From contig NC_045706.1 in the NCBI RefSeq assembly GCF_009834535.1, positions 10,106,001 through 10,170,000 of the forward strand: a DNA stretch of 64,000 bases. The letters are read 5' to 3'. The stretch is from Camelus ferus. Taxonomy: Eukaryota. This document shows, one piece after another, positions 23,541 through 37,209 of the stretch (the stretch's first letter is position 1; each line of letters starts with the position of its first letter). Below the pieces are notes generated by a model, which saw only the letters and a list, made by a program, of their open reading frames with translations, made no database searches and was not told the origin of the DNA. A program made the position numbers and the translations under genes.

Positions 23541-26500
23541 CACCATCTAAGGGATGCGGGGGGTTGGCTTGGACAGATGGGATCCCTGTAGTGAAAGTGA
23601 ATCCAGCTGGTCTGGTTGTCAGTGATGTGTTCTCTACAGACTCAAAACCTATGCAGTTTCAGTGTGTTGATTTCCTATGCTGTGTAACAAAGCAGAGGTA
23701 GAGTGAAATGGAGGCAGTTACTATAAAGGAATGCATAGTAACCAGTAGTCCAAGTTTGATTTCAGGCCCCAAGAGCCTTAAACTATCCCCAGGGAGTCTG
23801 GCCAACAGGGAAGGAAGGGAATGAAGCTTACCTGGCTGGTGATTTCCTCCTGCAGAAAACGTATTGAGCCTCATCAGGACCCTTGCAAAGTGCAAAGTCC
23901 CACAGTTCTTGGGCAGAGGGAGAAGGTCCCAGCTTTTACTTTCTTTGCTCTCCTTCTCAAAAGGAGTTCCCACGGAGCAGGGGCCCTCAGCCAGGGCTGG
24001 GTGGAGACAGACCAGCTGAATCTCCTCTTTGCCCCTTCCTTAAAGGGCCAGAACAACGATTGACCAGGACCATCCTTCCACATACCAGCCTGGTGAACCC
24101 ACATACCAGCCCAGGAGAGGAAAAACACATCTCTCCTGGGACGGCCAGGGACACAGCATACTCTCAGCCCACTGCCTTACTACGTAGTTTTAAACACAGG
24201 GGCCTAAAAACATCTTGCGGGGATTCAGAAGCAGGTAGAACTCATTGTGGAAAGTTAAGAAAGCTGTGGCTGAAATCATCTTCATCCCACCCTGCTGTTT
24301 GGGGGAGGGCATTACAAAGCCAGCCTTCACAATACAGGGTTGTTGGGGGCCCTATTAAAATTTATAACCCGCGTCTAATTTTATAACGAATGCTGCCCTC
24401 CCTCCCACGCCTTCCTTCCGCTGTTCCACTCTGGCTCTCTGTCACTATTTGCTCATGAAATGATACCTGAGATAATAAAAGAATGTTCCTGCGATCTTCT
24501 TTTGGGGCAGACCGGCCAAATGTAAAGGGCCCTGGATGGGTGTCAGGAAACCTGGATTCTGAGCCCTGCCACCTTCAGTGATTCCCTTAACCTCAGGAAT
24601 TCAATTAACTTGGCATTTATAAAGGAGTGGATTATCTCTGTGATCCCTTGTAGGCCCCAAATCTATAACCTGAAGTCAGGGAACAGGAAATGTTTGCCGT
24701 GGCAGGGAAAACCGCATCTCCATTCCTGTGGAAGAAGTAAATGAAGGACTTGGGTATCCCGGATCACTAAGGAGGAAATATGTGCCTACAGAGCCATCCC
24801 ATGAGCTGTGTGTGTCATACACCGATTGTCTCCAAGGGCAAGTTCACAAGACCATTCGCCACCAGTACAATTAACTCAGGAATGTCCAAAGGCCCAAGGC
24901 CCAAATTAATTTTGATAGAGAACAGCAAGTTAATGCCACTTGCCCCTCCCCACTGGAAAAAGAAACAGGTCCTGCTGTGAATGAGAGGGAAGGTGAAGAG
25001 CTTTGCTCCTGAGATGTTAGGGCAGTGCCTCACCTCCTGATCAGGTATGCATGGTGACAGCTGATCAGTTTGGGCCATCCTCTCCAGAGCTGTCTCATGC
25101 TCAGCTTCTTCCCGCCTCAGTTACTTCTCTATGAGACTGAGATGAGGCTAACGTGTCTGCAGGTTGATGGAGAAGAATGGCGCTAACTCACATGCTCACG
25201 GACCATCGGAGCAGAAGATGCCAGCTATTCTCATGGATAAATGACGGGTGGCAGAGGTTTGTATGACGTTTATGCAGTGGCTGAGCGATACGCTTGAAGA
25301 ATCAAATGTCCTGATAGGTGCCAAAGAATCTTTCATCCTGAAAAAAGTGGCATAGAGATATTAGTCATTATTTGGGGGCTGCCCAGTTCAAACCTCTTCT
25401 TACAGGTGAAGAAATGGAAGCCCAGCGAGGGGAGCATCCAGCCTGAGGTCACCAGCAGGAGAAAGGCAGAGCCACATGTGGAAGCTGGGGCCCCAGGGAG
25501 GGGTCAGCCCCCCAGACCAAGCTCTTTCTCTGTGTAAATCACGGAGCGATATTGAGGACAATTTATCTTTTCATTAGCTTAAACATTTTGTCTTCAAAGA
25601 ATCTTAAATGCTCTATTTGTGATCCCCAGTGTGTTTTGGAAACTACAATTAAACTCTAGGAATTAAAACAAGTTAGAAAAATAAAGCCCTGATTTACCAG
25701 AAGTCCTGTGGAATGAGGAGTTTGGTCTAATTGAAGTTTATGGCACTTTTATTTTACAATTAAAGGTGACCATGTTGGAGGACCTCTTTCATGCCAGGAG
25801 CTGTAATGGACATTTCGCAAGTACTATCTTCACATAATCTCCACAGAAACCCTCTGATGGTTGGCATTCCTGTCTTGCAGTGACGTTCATCAGGAGAACT
25901 GATGCAGATCTGGGTTTTGCACCCAGGCTTCAAGACCACAGCGTCCTCCCCGACACGCCTCCCTCTGGCTCTCCCTTGGTAGGACAGCCCCTGATGTGGG
26001 CTGGGGCACTGCCAACTCCAGTGGCCTCTTCCCTGGACCATGTCAATGAGCAAGGGAGAGCCACCTGATCTGAGCAAAACCACTAGCTCTCTGTCCCAGC
26101 TCTAGGGCAAAATTACACCAGCAGGAAGCCAGCTGGGGTGAGTCATTCTGAGGGCAAGACCCTCAAAAGACAGTCCCTGAGCTCCTGCCTCCAGACCCCT
26201 GGGGCTGGACCCTGGGCTTTGTTCTCAGGTCTGTTTGTCCCACTGGCCAACTCCTCCCTTCCAATGATAGAAACTCCTACCCAGTCCCTGTTTGTCTCCT
26301 AAATTCTTTAAATTGGTTTCTTTTTTGTGTAAGCAGAGAATCCAAACGATCTATCACTATTACGGAGGAATCCTTTGTTTTGCTTTAAAATATCGATCTT
26401 TGTAATAACCTTCTAAAATCTATAGCACCCACATCTCTGCCTTATTATGTACAATAGCAAATATGTCAACATAGTATATTATTTAATGAGAGAACTTGCC

Positions 26501-26689
26501 TTGCCTAAAAATGAATGTAAAAGGCACAGTAAATTGGGCTGATTCTTTGTTGAGCCCAAGACACAGAGGGAAAGATATTCTTGGGGAGGGAGCATTTGAT
26601 TCTTTTCTTCTTTTCTGCTAAATCCCTAACATGAAACTTTGTGTTTTGCCTCAATCCCCTGGGTCTCGTGGGTCACCTTGGAGTCTGTG

Positions 26690-27500
26690 CCTTAAAGTCC
26701 TGGGCAGACCTTCCCCCGGCCCGCTGCCCGGGTCCCTGTTGTCCTCTTTGTCTTCTCCAGCTACTGCCGAGGATGACCTGCTGCCTTCCGTCCCCGTGGC
26801 TCCGCAGCTATTCATTCTCACCAGGGTCTCCAGCCTGGAGTCTTCTGCACGGCCACCGACGGTGTCGCCAGTCTGTGCGTGACGCGCGGTCCTGATTTAC
26901 CCCGCAGCCTCCACACACAGCTGAGCCCATTCGCTTCCTAGACTTTACACTCCCTCCCCAGCAGGACTTTGGAAGCTGTTATCCCAGGGCTGCAGGGCAT
27001 TGGAGATTTTCCTGCACGTGTGCACATGCCCTCTCGCCTACTCCTCCAGGTGGACTGGAATGTAACTCTGGAATCAGAGAAGAGGGACTGGTTCCTTTCG
27101 CTCCAAGATTCCTTTGGCGGGTCTGGCTACTCAGCATTACCTGTAGCTGCTCCGCACCCTCCCCTCCACCGGGGCTCACGCATGTTCCAGACATTTCGTG
27201 AGCACCTGTGCTGCGTGCCAGGTACTGAACTAAGGACTGAGTCCCTGACCTCAGGAACTCCAAGACCACCAGGAGGGAAGAGAGGCAAGTGAGGAACTGA
27301 CTGCATGCCTGTGGGCCGCGTGCCATGTGAGAGAGCTGTGCGGGGGTTCTGACATCAGGCCGCAGAGAGGCTCCGGGATTCTGGAGAGCCCTCCTCTCCC
27401 ACCGCACAGTGCGTCCTGTGCACCTGCTGAGGGCCAGCTGTGCTAACGGGACAGCCGCCTCCATCGCCGATTTCCATCGCTGTTATGGGCTCATGCAAAA
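26690..27500. promoter_or_regulatory. CpG-enriched non-repeat segment (weak CpG island)
   Basis: Clustered CpGs (cccggcccgctgcccggg, gtgacgcgcgg, ccatcgccg) compared with the flanks. Confidence 0.35.
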
Positions 27501-28098
27501 TTCAGACAAGGATCTCAGCTCTCCACCACTGTGATTAATTAGCTGATGCATAAGTATCAGGCACATCCACATCATTCGCGCTCCCTCCAAGAACCACGTG
27601 ATGAGAGGCCTCATTTAGTTGATGGGAGCATGAGCTCAGCTTTCACCAGGAAGCATCCCCAGCTGCTCTGAGGGCATCCCTGGACCTGGGGCGGAGTCGA
27701 CGCGGGGAACACCATTAATTGATTCGTTTCCCAGCTGTTTCATCAGTTCCTTTTAAATGCATGAGGCTAATAAGGAGTGCTTGCCATTCGGTGATTTTTT
27801 TTCTGGTCCCTTTCAGGCAGCCCACGTGGTTACCCAGCATCCACAATTAAATCACAGTCTAAGGTTGGAAATGACTCTGGAGAGAGGCAGGCTGGCACTG
27901 TCTCTGCGATTGTGGGGCCTCTGCCTAAAAACACACACCTGTGGGACAACCAGGCAGGGCCGCAGAGAGGCCCTGGGCAGAGGCCAGTGAGATTCCAACT
28001 CCTCTTGTCTGTGTCAAAGTTCAGAATAATCCTGGTTTCCACAATATTCCTGCTCCGTTTTCCCACCCACTAAAAATGGAATGCTCTCTGCTCACTCG

Positions 28099-28116
28099 CT
28101 CTCTCTCTCTCTCTCT
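28099..28116. repeat. (CT)n microsatellite
   Basis: Direct reading. Confidence 0.85.
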
Positions 28117-28189
28117 CCCTCAGCTCCCCTCCTCTAGATCTTTGTAAAATTGCAGGTTTAAGGTCGGCTTCCTACAATAAAATACAAGC

Positions 28190-29360
28190 CCCAGAAGGGA
28201 AGCATCTGCTTTGCCCTCTGCTGTAATCCCAGCACATCCAAAAGTGCCCGGCACATGGTAAGAACTGACCATCATTGTTGAATGAATAAATGAATCGTCT
28301 TCACTCTTTGACCTCAGCCCTCATCTCTGGGGGGACAACTCCAGCCTTAAACTTGCTCCTAAACCAAGTCCCACATCTTCAGCAGTCTGTCTGCATTTCT
28401 TTCTGCCAGCTGCTCACAATCAACAAGCTTGCGACAGAAATCTTTTTTTCTCTCTCCAAACCAGCATCCCCATCTGACCTTCCTATTTCTGCCAGCAACA
28501 CCATCACTCACTCAAACAGTCCCATACAAAACCTCAGTGTGGGGCTGCCTCCCGTCTGCCTTCTGCTGACTACAGCTTGTCCTAAAGCCTGCTAACTTGT
28601 TCATTGCAAGGTTTCCAGTCACCCTCCCTTTCTTGTCAACCCCAGTCCCACGGTCTGGCTCAGGATTTCATTCCTTTAGATTTACCCTCTTACAACCGCC
28701 TCCTAACTGGTCTCATGGCTTTCTTAATCCACTGGACACTTTTCCACCAGATCAATGTTCCCCAAAGTCTGTTCATCTGCCACTTCTCTAACCTAATCAA
28801 AACTTATCAACCACTCTCTACTGCCTACTATTTTGAACCTTGGCATTCAGAGTTCTCCATGGTCACCCCTTAAATATTTTGTCCAGCCACACCTCCAGTG
28901 ATTCCCAAGTTAGGAACTTCCATCCATCTAGCATTAGCTCCTGAGCATGTTGTATACCTGGACTCATGTCCTCTCCTACCTCTGCCCCAGGAGTCTCTCT
29001 CCTCAACTCCATCCAGTGAAATCTCACCCAGCCTTTAAGGCCAGCCCGGATCACACCTCCTCCAGGAAGCCCTCCCTAACCAGTTGAGGCCACCATTGTC
29101 TCCCCCTTATCTGAATTCTGTAGCTTGTGTCCTCTGTACCCTCAATCGATTTTAACATATAGAGCTGAGTGGATATAGTGAATCAGTAGCAGTTTTGTCG
29201 TGAGTTTTAGCCTTATCTCTCCAGCCAGCTTGTAAACTCCTTCTGAACAGGGCTCATGGTTCATGTTGTCTTGCATTCCCTACAAGAGTTAATCTTCTTG
29301 TTTCCCAAATCAGGACCTTGCACAGAGTAGGAACTCAGTGGATATTGGTTGATTTTAAAG
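28190..29360 (+). mobile_element. L2 fragments
   Basis: gtgcccggcacatggtaag...ttgaatgaataaatgaat; cctcctccaggaagccctccctaacc; ccttgcacagagtaggaactcagtggatattggttga. Confidence 0.7.
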
Positions 29361-29839
29361 GAAGATAAGACTGAAATAAATGAACATCAGGATAAGCATC
29401 AAACTGTGCATATTTAGGAATCTGCTTTCCTCGGGATACTTTTGAAGTATTATCCTCCAATAAAACTGGATATTTTAAACAGCACCAACCTCACATATTA
29501 GCTGTAAAACACACTTGCTTACCTCAGAACTTATTTCACTGTTACTAACTTACAGGAGACGGAAAATTAGAGAACGTCTTAAATTCCAGTAACAAAAGTA
29601 GGTCATCTGGAAACCGATCTTAATTTCCCATATTTAAATCACCTCGTTTCAGCAATAACATGGTAAACGTAGTGATGATGAAGGGCTCCAGAGTAACTCT
29701 TTTGCAGTGCTTGTGTTTTAAATCAACACAGAAGTGCTATTCATCTTGTTCTGATTCTAACAGGTTAAACTACTTCCACTTTGGATTTCAGGAAAAGTCT
29801 CCAGTGTGGTTCTAGATTCTAAGATGTGGATCCCCCTGC

Positions 29840-30365
29840 TTCCTCTTCTGGAATGAATGTATGTGTCCCTCCCCCAGATTCATAGATGGAAGCCTCATCC
29901 CCAAAGTGATGGAACTGGGAGGTGAGGCCTTTGGGAGGTGATTAGGTCGTGAGGGTGGACCCCTTATGAATGGGATTAGTGCCCTTATAAGAAGAGATGG
30001 AGTGGGAGGGTATAGCTCAGTGGTAGAGTGCGTGCCTAGCATGCACGAGGTCCTGGGTTCAATCCCCAGTACCTCCATTAAGAAACAAATAAATAAACCT
30101 GATTACCACCCCCTGCCCCCTACCCCAAATAAAAACAGATAACAGGAGAGAGCTCACCCGCTCTCCCTCTGCTCTCCACCATGTGTGGGTGCAAGGAGAC
30201 AGCTGTCTGCAAACCAGGAAGCAGGTCTTCACCAGACTCAGGATCTGCCAATACCTTGCTGCCTTCATCTTAGACTTCCCAGCCTCCAGAACTGTGAGAA
30301 ATAAATGGTTTTGGTTTAAACCACCCAGTTTATGGTATATTTGTTATAATAGCCTGAATTAAGCC
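29840..30365 (+). mobile_element. MLT1A-like solo LTR, split by a SINE
   Basis: ggtgaggcctttgggaggtgattaggtcgtgagggtgga...gggattagtgcccttataagaagag // cttcccagcctccagaactgtgagaaataaat. Confidence 0.9.
30004..30135 (+). mobile_element. tRNA-Ala(AGC)-derived SINE, camelid Vic-1 type
   Basis: gggagggTATAGCTCAGTGGtagagtgcgtgcctAGCatgcacgaggtcctgGGTTCAATCCccagtacctcca, then tail aaataaataaacctgattaccacccc; boxes A and B intact. Confidence 0.9.
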
Positions 30366-31049
30366 AGTCCGCCTACCCCCAACCTCTGCCATCTGGGTAT
30401 CTTCTGACAAATACAGTCTGCTGGGTCTGATCCCAGAGCTACTGCTAATAATTCCCTGGGTAGGGCCCAGGAATATGATGTCAAAATGCCACACTGGCGA
30501 TTCTGATGAGAAGCAGCTTTGGGAATCCCTGGTCTTTGGACATGGAGAGGCTAAGTGGCCTCTAAGAGCCACAAAGTGGCCCTTCGAGGCTGCGCTGACC
30601 CCTGTCTGCCAGAACAGCCTCATTCTGAACCACTCTGCCTTCTCTCTCTAAGAATGTGCCCGCACACACACATCTACCTGGCTCGACCCAGCCCCATGCC
30701 TCTGTACAGCCCTCTACAGCCCTCCACCTGTCTGGGTTACCCCTGCCTACCTTGCCCATCCACTCAGCCCCTCCTCTGCAAAGTCTTCTGGAATGCCCAC
30801 TGGCCACTCACAGCCCTTGCCCCTCTGTGTCACTGCTGCGCCTCTCTGGTTGGACATTCTTTATTCGTGTACAATTTGAAGAGCATCAGTGGAGCTTCAG
30901 TCATGTACCAGGTCCTGTGTGGGGCTGAGCAGATGGAGCTAAACAGGATGCTGCCTCTGGGCTCAGGGAGGTTAGAGTCGAACCAGAGAGATGAACCAGA
31001 AAACCCCAGATGAGACGTGAGGGCTTTAACGTCCCTCACACAGAGAGAG

Positions 31050-31620
31050 CAGGAGAGAGCAGCATCTGCTCAGACTTTGGGGTCAGACTTTCCTTTTTGA
31101 AAAGCTGGCTCTTCAGCTGAGGTTTTGTATTGCGTTGCATTGTATTGTATTGTACTATTTTGTTTGTTTCCGTCAAGGGGAACACACAAAGAGGCAAACT
31201 GTTTTCAAGATTTGTTATGGAAAATCTTAGATCCTTCTCTCCCCTCACCATTTCTCCTTCATCTGAAGGCAGCCACGTCCACTCCTTTTGGCTGAGTATT
31301 TTCATTTTTACCTCCATGTCTTTGGATAACATACTTGAATTGCTCTCATTTGATGTTTCCGCTTTAGGCGTTTTTTATCGACTTCACACTGAAGAAGATA
31401 AGACTTTAGTCCTACTGCCCGCATGCGCCCCTTCCATCTTGCATCCTTCCGGTGGAGTTTTATCGTGGTTTTGATTTGATCGATATCCACTTTTACAATA
31501 TTATGATTTTAGAACATAGCGAACTCATGACTGTTTCCCCTGGGGTTGATATTATCCTTTTTCTTTTTTTTTTAAATTGCATAATACACTACATTCTAAC
31601 CACTAATTTAAGATCAAAGT
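31050..31620 (-). mobile_element. Ancient L1 5' region remnant
   Basis: Antisense L1M-like ttattgtatggaaaatctt/ttcttctcccctcaccatttc-type sequence; degenerate. Confidence 0.45.
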
Positions 31621-31997
31621 CATAAACAATTGTCTAAATGTCCTCCCCAAAAGCCCAGATGCATTCAGTACTCTTTCAAGTTCATCCTCCCAGGAAGCTC
31701 TCTCCCAGAGCCGTCAGCTGGGCTCCAGGCTGGCCTGGTGGTCCTATGTGCCCTGCAACCAGCCCTGGTCCTGGCATCTTGTACCAGCATCCTCAGGGCT
31801 CCCTTCACCACTCTCCTGCATTGGCTTCTGCTCTCTGTATTCCATGTCTTCCTCTTCTTTGATTTACAGCCTTGTTTGGGGGAGAGCACATTCTCTGGTA
31901 TCTTCATAAACAGGGTGCCTAGAAGGTAAGTTTTTTGAGATTTTGCATGTCTAGAAAGTTCTTTCTTAGCACAGCACTTGATTGATTGATTGATTAT

Positions 31998-32378
31998 CTG
32001 GTGTTTTCATCTGGGTTTGCCCGGAAGCAGCTCCTGAGATGAAGACATGAGTGCAAGTAGTATCTCTGGGAGGTGATGCCAGGAGGCACCAGCAGGGGGA
32101 AGGGGAACTGAGCCAGGAAAGTTAGGGTACCTCCGCAGGGGTCTTAGTGATCAGCTTACCTTGTGGGCTTCTGAGAGGCTGCGTGGAGCACACCTAAGAG
32201 ACATCTCTCCTGAGAGACAAGAAAGCCCATTCTCAGTCGAGAGCTGCTCCTGGGGCATTAATTCCCCACCAAGGTGACCAAAAAGGCCCTCAGCCAGAGC
32301 CATGGGCAGCCCTCTGGTCACTGTACACATATCCAGGGAGTGCTGGGGAACCTGGGAGGGGCACTGACAGCCTTCAAC
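31998..32378 (-). mobile_element. ERVL LTR (LTR33-like)
   Basis: gaagcagctcctgagatgaagacatgagtgcaagtagtatctctgggaggtgatgccagga. Confidence 0.7.
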
Positions 32379-33097
32379 TGAGTGAAAGAATTAATTGGAG
32401 GGATGTGTCATATTCATGTTTGTTCCCAAATCCCCTGTTAGGTGATTAATAATGCTAATAATAATAATATATTTATTTACAGAGCAAATGAATGAATGAA
32501 CAAATGAATAAATGTGTCCTGTGCAGCCACCTTGTGCTGCAGATCTCGGGTTGGAGGCCCCTCCACCAGGCTAATGAGAGCCCTGGAGGGTGGGGACCCC
32601 GACCATCCCATCTCTATGTTGTTCTCATGCCTCAAAGTACTACGATGTACTGATTGTATACACATGAGTGTCTCCACCTTGGTGCTTTGTCATTATTTTT
32701 GAAAGGTCTGTCAAATGATTTAAATGGAAATATTCAATTAAAGAAGGGAAAAAAATGAGTTGTTCAATAACATGAGGAGGGCTAATATTTTCTGATGTAA
32801 ACACCCCTCCCTTGCAGGTCACAGCAAGTACTACCTAAGGGCATGGAGACAGTCAACAAGAGTTTTTAGGAATGGCCAAGTTGCTGCCCACCCCATTCTC
32901 CTCTTCCTTGCTTTGTCACAGTATCTGAATGTACCTCATGAAACCACTTCTTGATCACTACATCTTCAGAGGGGCCCTGTGAGCATGGAAAGATGTCCTC
33001 TCCTCTGGTAGGATCCATTAAGAAATTGGCCTCCACTAACACAGCAACACAGCCTCACTGACCTCAATACCTGGAGATGCATGTGTCTCAGCCTAGA

Positions 33098-33283
33098 CAG
33101 CGTTCTCAAAATGTGGTTCCTGGACCAGCAGAACAGCATCACCCGGGAACTTGCTAGAAATGCAAATTCTCAGACGTCATTCTACCTCTACCAAATAAAG
33201 AACCCTGGAGATGCAGTCCAGCAATCTGTGTTTTAATCAGCCCTCCGGCAATTCTGACACACACTTGAGTGTGAGACCCACTA
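33098..33283. mobile_element. MER5A hAT MITE
   Basis: cagcgttctcaaaatgtggttcctggaccagca..cagcatcacccgggaacttgctagaaatgcaaattctcag. Confidence 0.85.
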
Positions 33284-33453
33284 GGCTGGAGCATGAGTCC
33301 CTGGAAGGCGAAGATCACATTGTGCATTTCTTTATGTGCTTCTATGTGTCTGGCACTAGGGGTGCTCGTATGTTTGTGCAATTAAATTTTATGGGTGAGT
33401 TGAAGAGATTAAGAATTAATCAAATAGCACTCTAAGAGAATAAGCCATAAATC

Positions 33454-33778
33454 TGTTGACCTGAAACAAGCAGACTGCCGAATATTTCTCCAGCAAAAAT
33501 GGGTTTATTCTGGATCAGCAGAGAATTACAGTTCGGGGTCTGCAGCCCTGGCAAGCCACGTACAAGGCCCCGCATGGCAAGGGAAGGAGAACGCTGAGAG
33601 GGGAAAAGGAAGTTGGGAGGATACAGTAAACAAAGAGCCCATGGCTTTTCGTTGGCTGAGTCCTTGCCAGGAAGGAAGAGGAGTCTTTCAGAGTCTCAGG
33701 CTCTGCCATCTTCACAGGGCCCAGCAGCGCCCCCTTCTGGTCTTTCAACTCTATTTAATTGAGTTTATTATTTTTACA
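33454..33778 (-). mobile_element. ERV1-type solo LTR
   Basis: TG...CA termini; antisense poly(A) signal (gggtttattc); homologous to 54266-54602. Confidence 0.8.
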
Positions 33779-34003
33779 AACCTCGTACACCCACTGATGT
33801 AAGCAAAGCAGGGAAGCAAATATTGAGATGCACTGTCGGGCAGAGGATACTGAGAGGTGTTGGTGGAGTAATGAGAAAAGGAGGGGAGGATGGCAATGCT
33901 AAAAACAAACAGCCTGCTAAAAATTTCACCTATGATGTCCCAGAACACCTGCATCATTTTGGTTTGATCTTATTAAGAAAGTGTGACACAGAGAGAAGAG
34001 TAA

Positions 34004-34006
<3 letters not shown>

Positions 34007-34043
<37 letters not shown>
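34007..34043. repeat. (AT)n microsatellite
   Basis: About 18 AT units. Confidence 0.95.
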
Positions 34044-34046
<3 letters not shown>

Positions 34047-34579
34047 TTTCTGTTTTCTCTCTGCAATTTTTCAAAGAAAGGACCGTACTCATTTGTGCTC
34101 TGACAAGCACACAAAGATGAAGAAGCCATGCCCAACAGCTGCTGTCTGTGCTGTTGACCCTGGTTCCTGCCCATTTGGAGGCTGGCCATGGTGGCCTCCA
34201 GACCCAGCCTTCCACACAGTCTGCACCCAGAGGTCAACCAGCACTCTGATCCATCACCCTTGTCTTTAATGTCCTTCAGCTGCCTGCAGGGACATTTAAT
34301 ATTGATGGCCCTGGGTAGGCAGTAGTTTGAGCCAGAGAGGAGCGAGTGAGGACAGAGCAAGTTCCTGCAAAGGGATGCAGCCTTGCGAAGGGTATAATGA
34401 AACATCAGAACGCATCACTCCCCTGCTATAGTAGCCAGAGGAGCGTTTGTGCCTCAGGTTCTTCCCGGTCTACTTTGCAGACAGCCCATCTGAAAGCTGG
34501 GGATGTACACAACCCATGGCTCCCTCACTGTGGAAATGCAAAGAAAGAGGAATTGGCAGTTCACAGCAAATAATAATGA

Positions 34580-35150
34580 TCATTGTAGTAACAGCTAATG
34601 TCTGTGGGCACACGCCAAACACCAGGCACGGTGCGGGGCATTCACACACCCTGACTCATTCCGCCTTTACAAAGTCCCACGTTTCTTCTAAGGTGAGGAC
34701 CCTTGTCAAGGTCATGGGGCCAAAAGTGGGGGAAAAAATCCACTGGATTTAATGATGGAAGGACAGCAAGCATTTTCCAAACATGCGTTTTGTTGGAGAG
34801 CATATGATGATAAGAGAGCTTGTATTCAAATTCTGGCTCTGCCTCTTAACCCCTCTGTGCTTTTTTTTTTTAATCAATAAAGTTGGAGTCATAAGGATAT
34901 ACTTCATATGGAAATGGTCAGGATTAAGTAACACAAAGCACACAGAAAGTCCTCAGTAGATAGCAGCTCCTGTGATGTGCACTGAAATCCTGTATCTGCT
35001 AGCCTTTTAATCTTGACAGCAACTCTGTGAAGTAGGGAGATTACTATCCCCATGTTCTAATAAAGAAGCTGAAACTGAACCAGAGAGGAAGCCCATAGGG
35101 CTGGAAGAAGCCAGCGAGGGGCTGTGAACTTAGGCTGTTAAAGGACCTAA
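34580..35150. mobile_element. Cluster of MIR fragments
   Basis: ccaggcacggtgcggggcattcacac; gtattcaaattctggctctgcc; ctatccccatgttctaataaagaagctgaaactga. Confidence 0.65.
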
Positions 35151-35270
35151 GCCCACATTCCTAATTAAGCTTTTCCCACCTCTCCCCGCTACCTCCCACA
35201 TAAAGAGACACAATCAAATACTATACACAATCAAATACTAACAAAATTACTTTCAGAAAATGTAGTTTCC

Positions 35271-35679
35271 TGTTAGTTCAGGTCCTCTGAGAAGCAGGTA
35301 CCAAAATGGGATTCGATGTGTAAGAGATTTGTTGGGGAAAATGCCCAGGAGAGAGATAGGGAGAGAGCCGGAGGAGGTTGGGAGAGCCTGGGTCACTACA
35401 TGGGTCTGACCAAGTGGAGGGGAGAGGCAGACGGCAGAGCCATCCTAAGAAAGTTTTGGCGAGGCCAGTGTAGAGCCATGATGCCAAAATCTCCTGTCAA
35501 GGATTCTTGTAACTCCCAGGAACGGGTCTCCGTTAAAATTCCTACCAGGCTCAGTCATTGGCCAAGAACAGTGTGTGGAAAGCACGATGCAGACGAGGAG
35601 ATGGACTTCAGCTGGGACCATCACCGACTATGCTCCTGGCAGCTGGAGCTCTGAGAGATGCGTTTTCACAGCCATCATA
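35271..35679 (-). mobile_element. ERVL LTR (LTR16/LTR33-like)
   Basis: tgttagttcaggtcctctgagaagcagg...gatgtgtaagagatttgttggggaaaatgcc. Confidence 0.75.
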
Positions 35680-37209
35680 ATTACCAATTAAAGGCAAAAA
35701 TATCTGGTGAAATGTTCTATAGGAAGGCACTCAGCTCTGATTGAGCAATGTTTTGATGCCACATTTTATAAATTAAGAAGTCAGTTCCCTCTTAAGAGAA
35801 AAGCTCTCTAGAACAAACGCCTCTTCCTCCAGGCAGCCTTCCCGGGAAACACAGGTCAAGGCAGGTGCCTCTGAGTTCCCCCACCCTAGGGCCAACGGCT
35901 CTGCTCCACCGTTGTCCACATCTGCCTATGCCCATCTCACCTCCTTCTCTGACTTAGATAACCTTCTAACCCTCTTCTCTGAATGTCTTTTATATTTTAT
36001 GACTATACCAGGCTTCTTATTAGCTTTTGAGGAAAATGTCCTGATTCCTGAAGTAGCCTAAAGATCTGAGGGGCTTGCAAGATTCCTTGGCGGGGAGTGT
36101 GTGGGGGGGTGGGATTTATCAGAGAAGTTGAATATCAAGTGTTTTGTGAAGTTACTGAATATTTTATTTTCAAATGTGTGTGAGCATTTTATTTCTATCC
36201 ATTCCCTTCCCCCATTTTCACCTTCCTCATCACCCTCAGGTAGTAAAATTAATCCAAAGTGCCATCAGGAAATGAAGAATGGAAGACAAGTGGATGCTTC
36301 TGCGTGGGGATTGATTCCATTTGTTCTAACCTAAGCTGGTTAAAGGAAAGTGTAAAATAGAAACATAAGTTGATTTACAATGTCACAATCTCTAATCCAA
36401 TTCCTTTAAGTTTTACTTAGTCAAACACTGTGTTGGGTGGCCTTTAACCTGGATCATGGTTGCAAAATAGTGTAAATCACACTTGATTACCATTTGCCTT
36501 TTATGTGCATAAAGCTTCTCTTCTTTCTCCAGTTCTTGTATGTTCTTTTAAAACAAAGTTTTCACAGTTTCATCTAAGAAACAAGTCTCTATTCTCAGTC
36601 ACTCAGTGGATATGTGTTGTATGCTAAATTTCTATTTGCTAACTTTTTTTTTTTCCTTTGAGCAAACCTGTGTAGGTTTGCAAATTTATTCATACCAAAC
36701 TCTGATTCCAGATCTGCTTGCTAACTTCTAATGGCTGGAACAGTTTCCATCTAGACTGTATGTCACTCAGGGAAGGGACTGTATGCATCTGCGTCACTTC
36801 CAACACTCAGCACAGTGGCTGGCACAAGGTAAGTGTGTCAAGCATCCTTTGTTGGAATGAAACAATATGCCTCTTCCAGGCACTGAAGCCTGTGGTTTGC
36901 AGTGAGTCCCAAACCTTGTCTTCACGGAGGTCAACTGTTTGGATGGAAAAGAGAGGCCAGTGACTCCAGTTTCAGCTAGGGTGGTGTGTATAACCAGAGA
37001 AGCACCCACGGGTGCTAAGGGCATGAAGGGTGGGTGGAGACCCAGAGCCAAACATGAAAGACAGGTAGGAGAAGTGACTGTCCTCTGTCTCTTTTGCACC
37101 CGCTGGGCTTTTTAACACTATTTTGTGCTGCACACGTAACTCTCCTTTCTCATCCACTCTTCCTCACTAATCCATTTAGTAAGCTTAGAGAGCAATAATC
37201 TTAACCTAA

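Noticed and set aside
30004-30077. Functional tRNA-Ala(AGC) gene
   Set aside because: Extra 5' bases, a SINE-type tail and insertion inside an MLT1 LTR indicate a SINE
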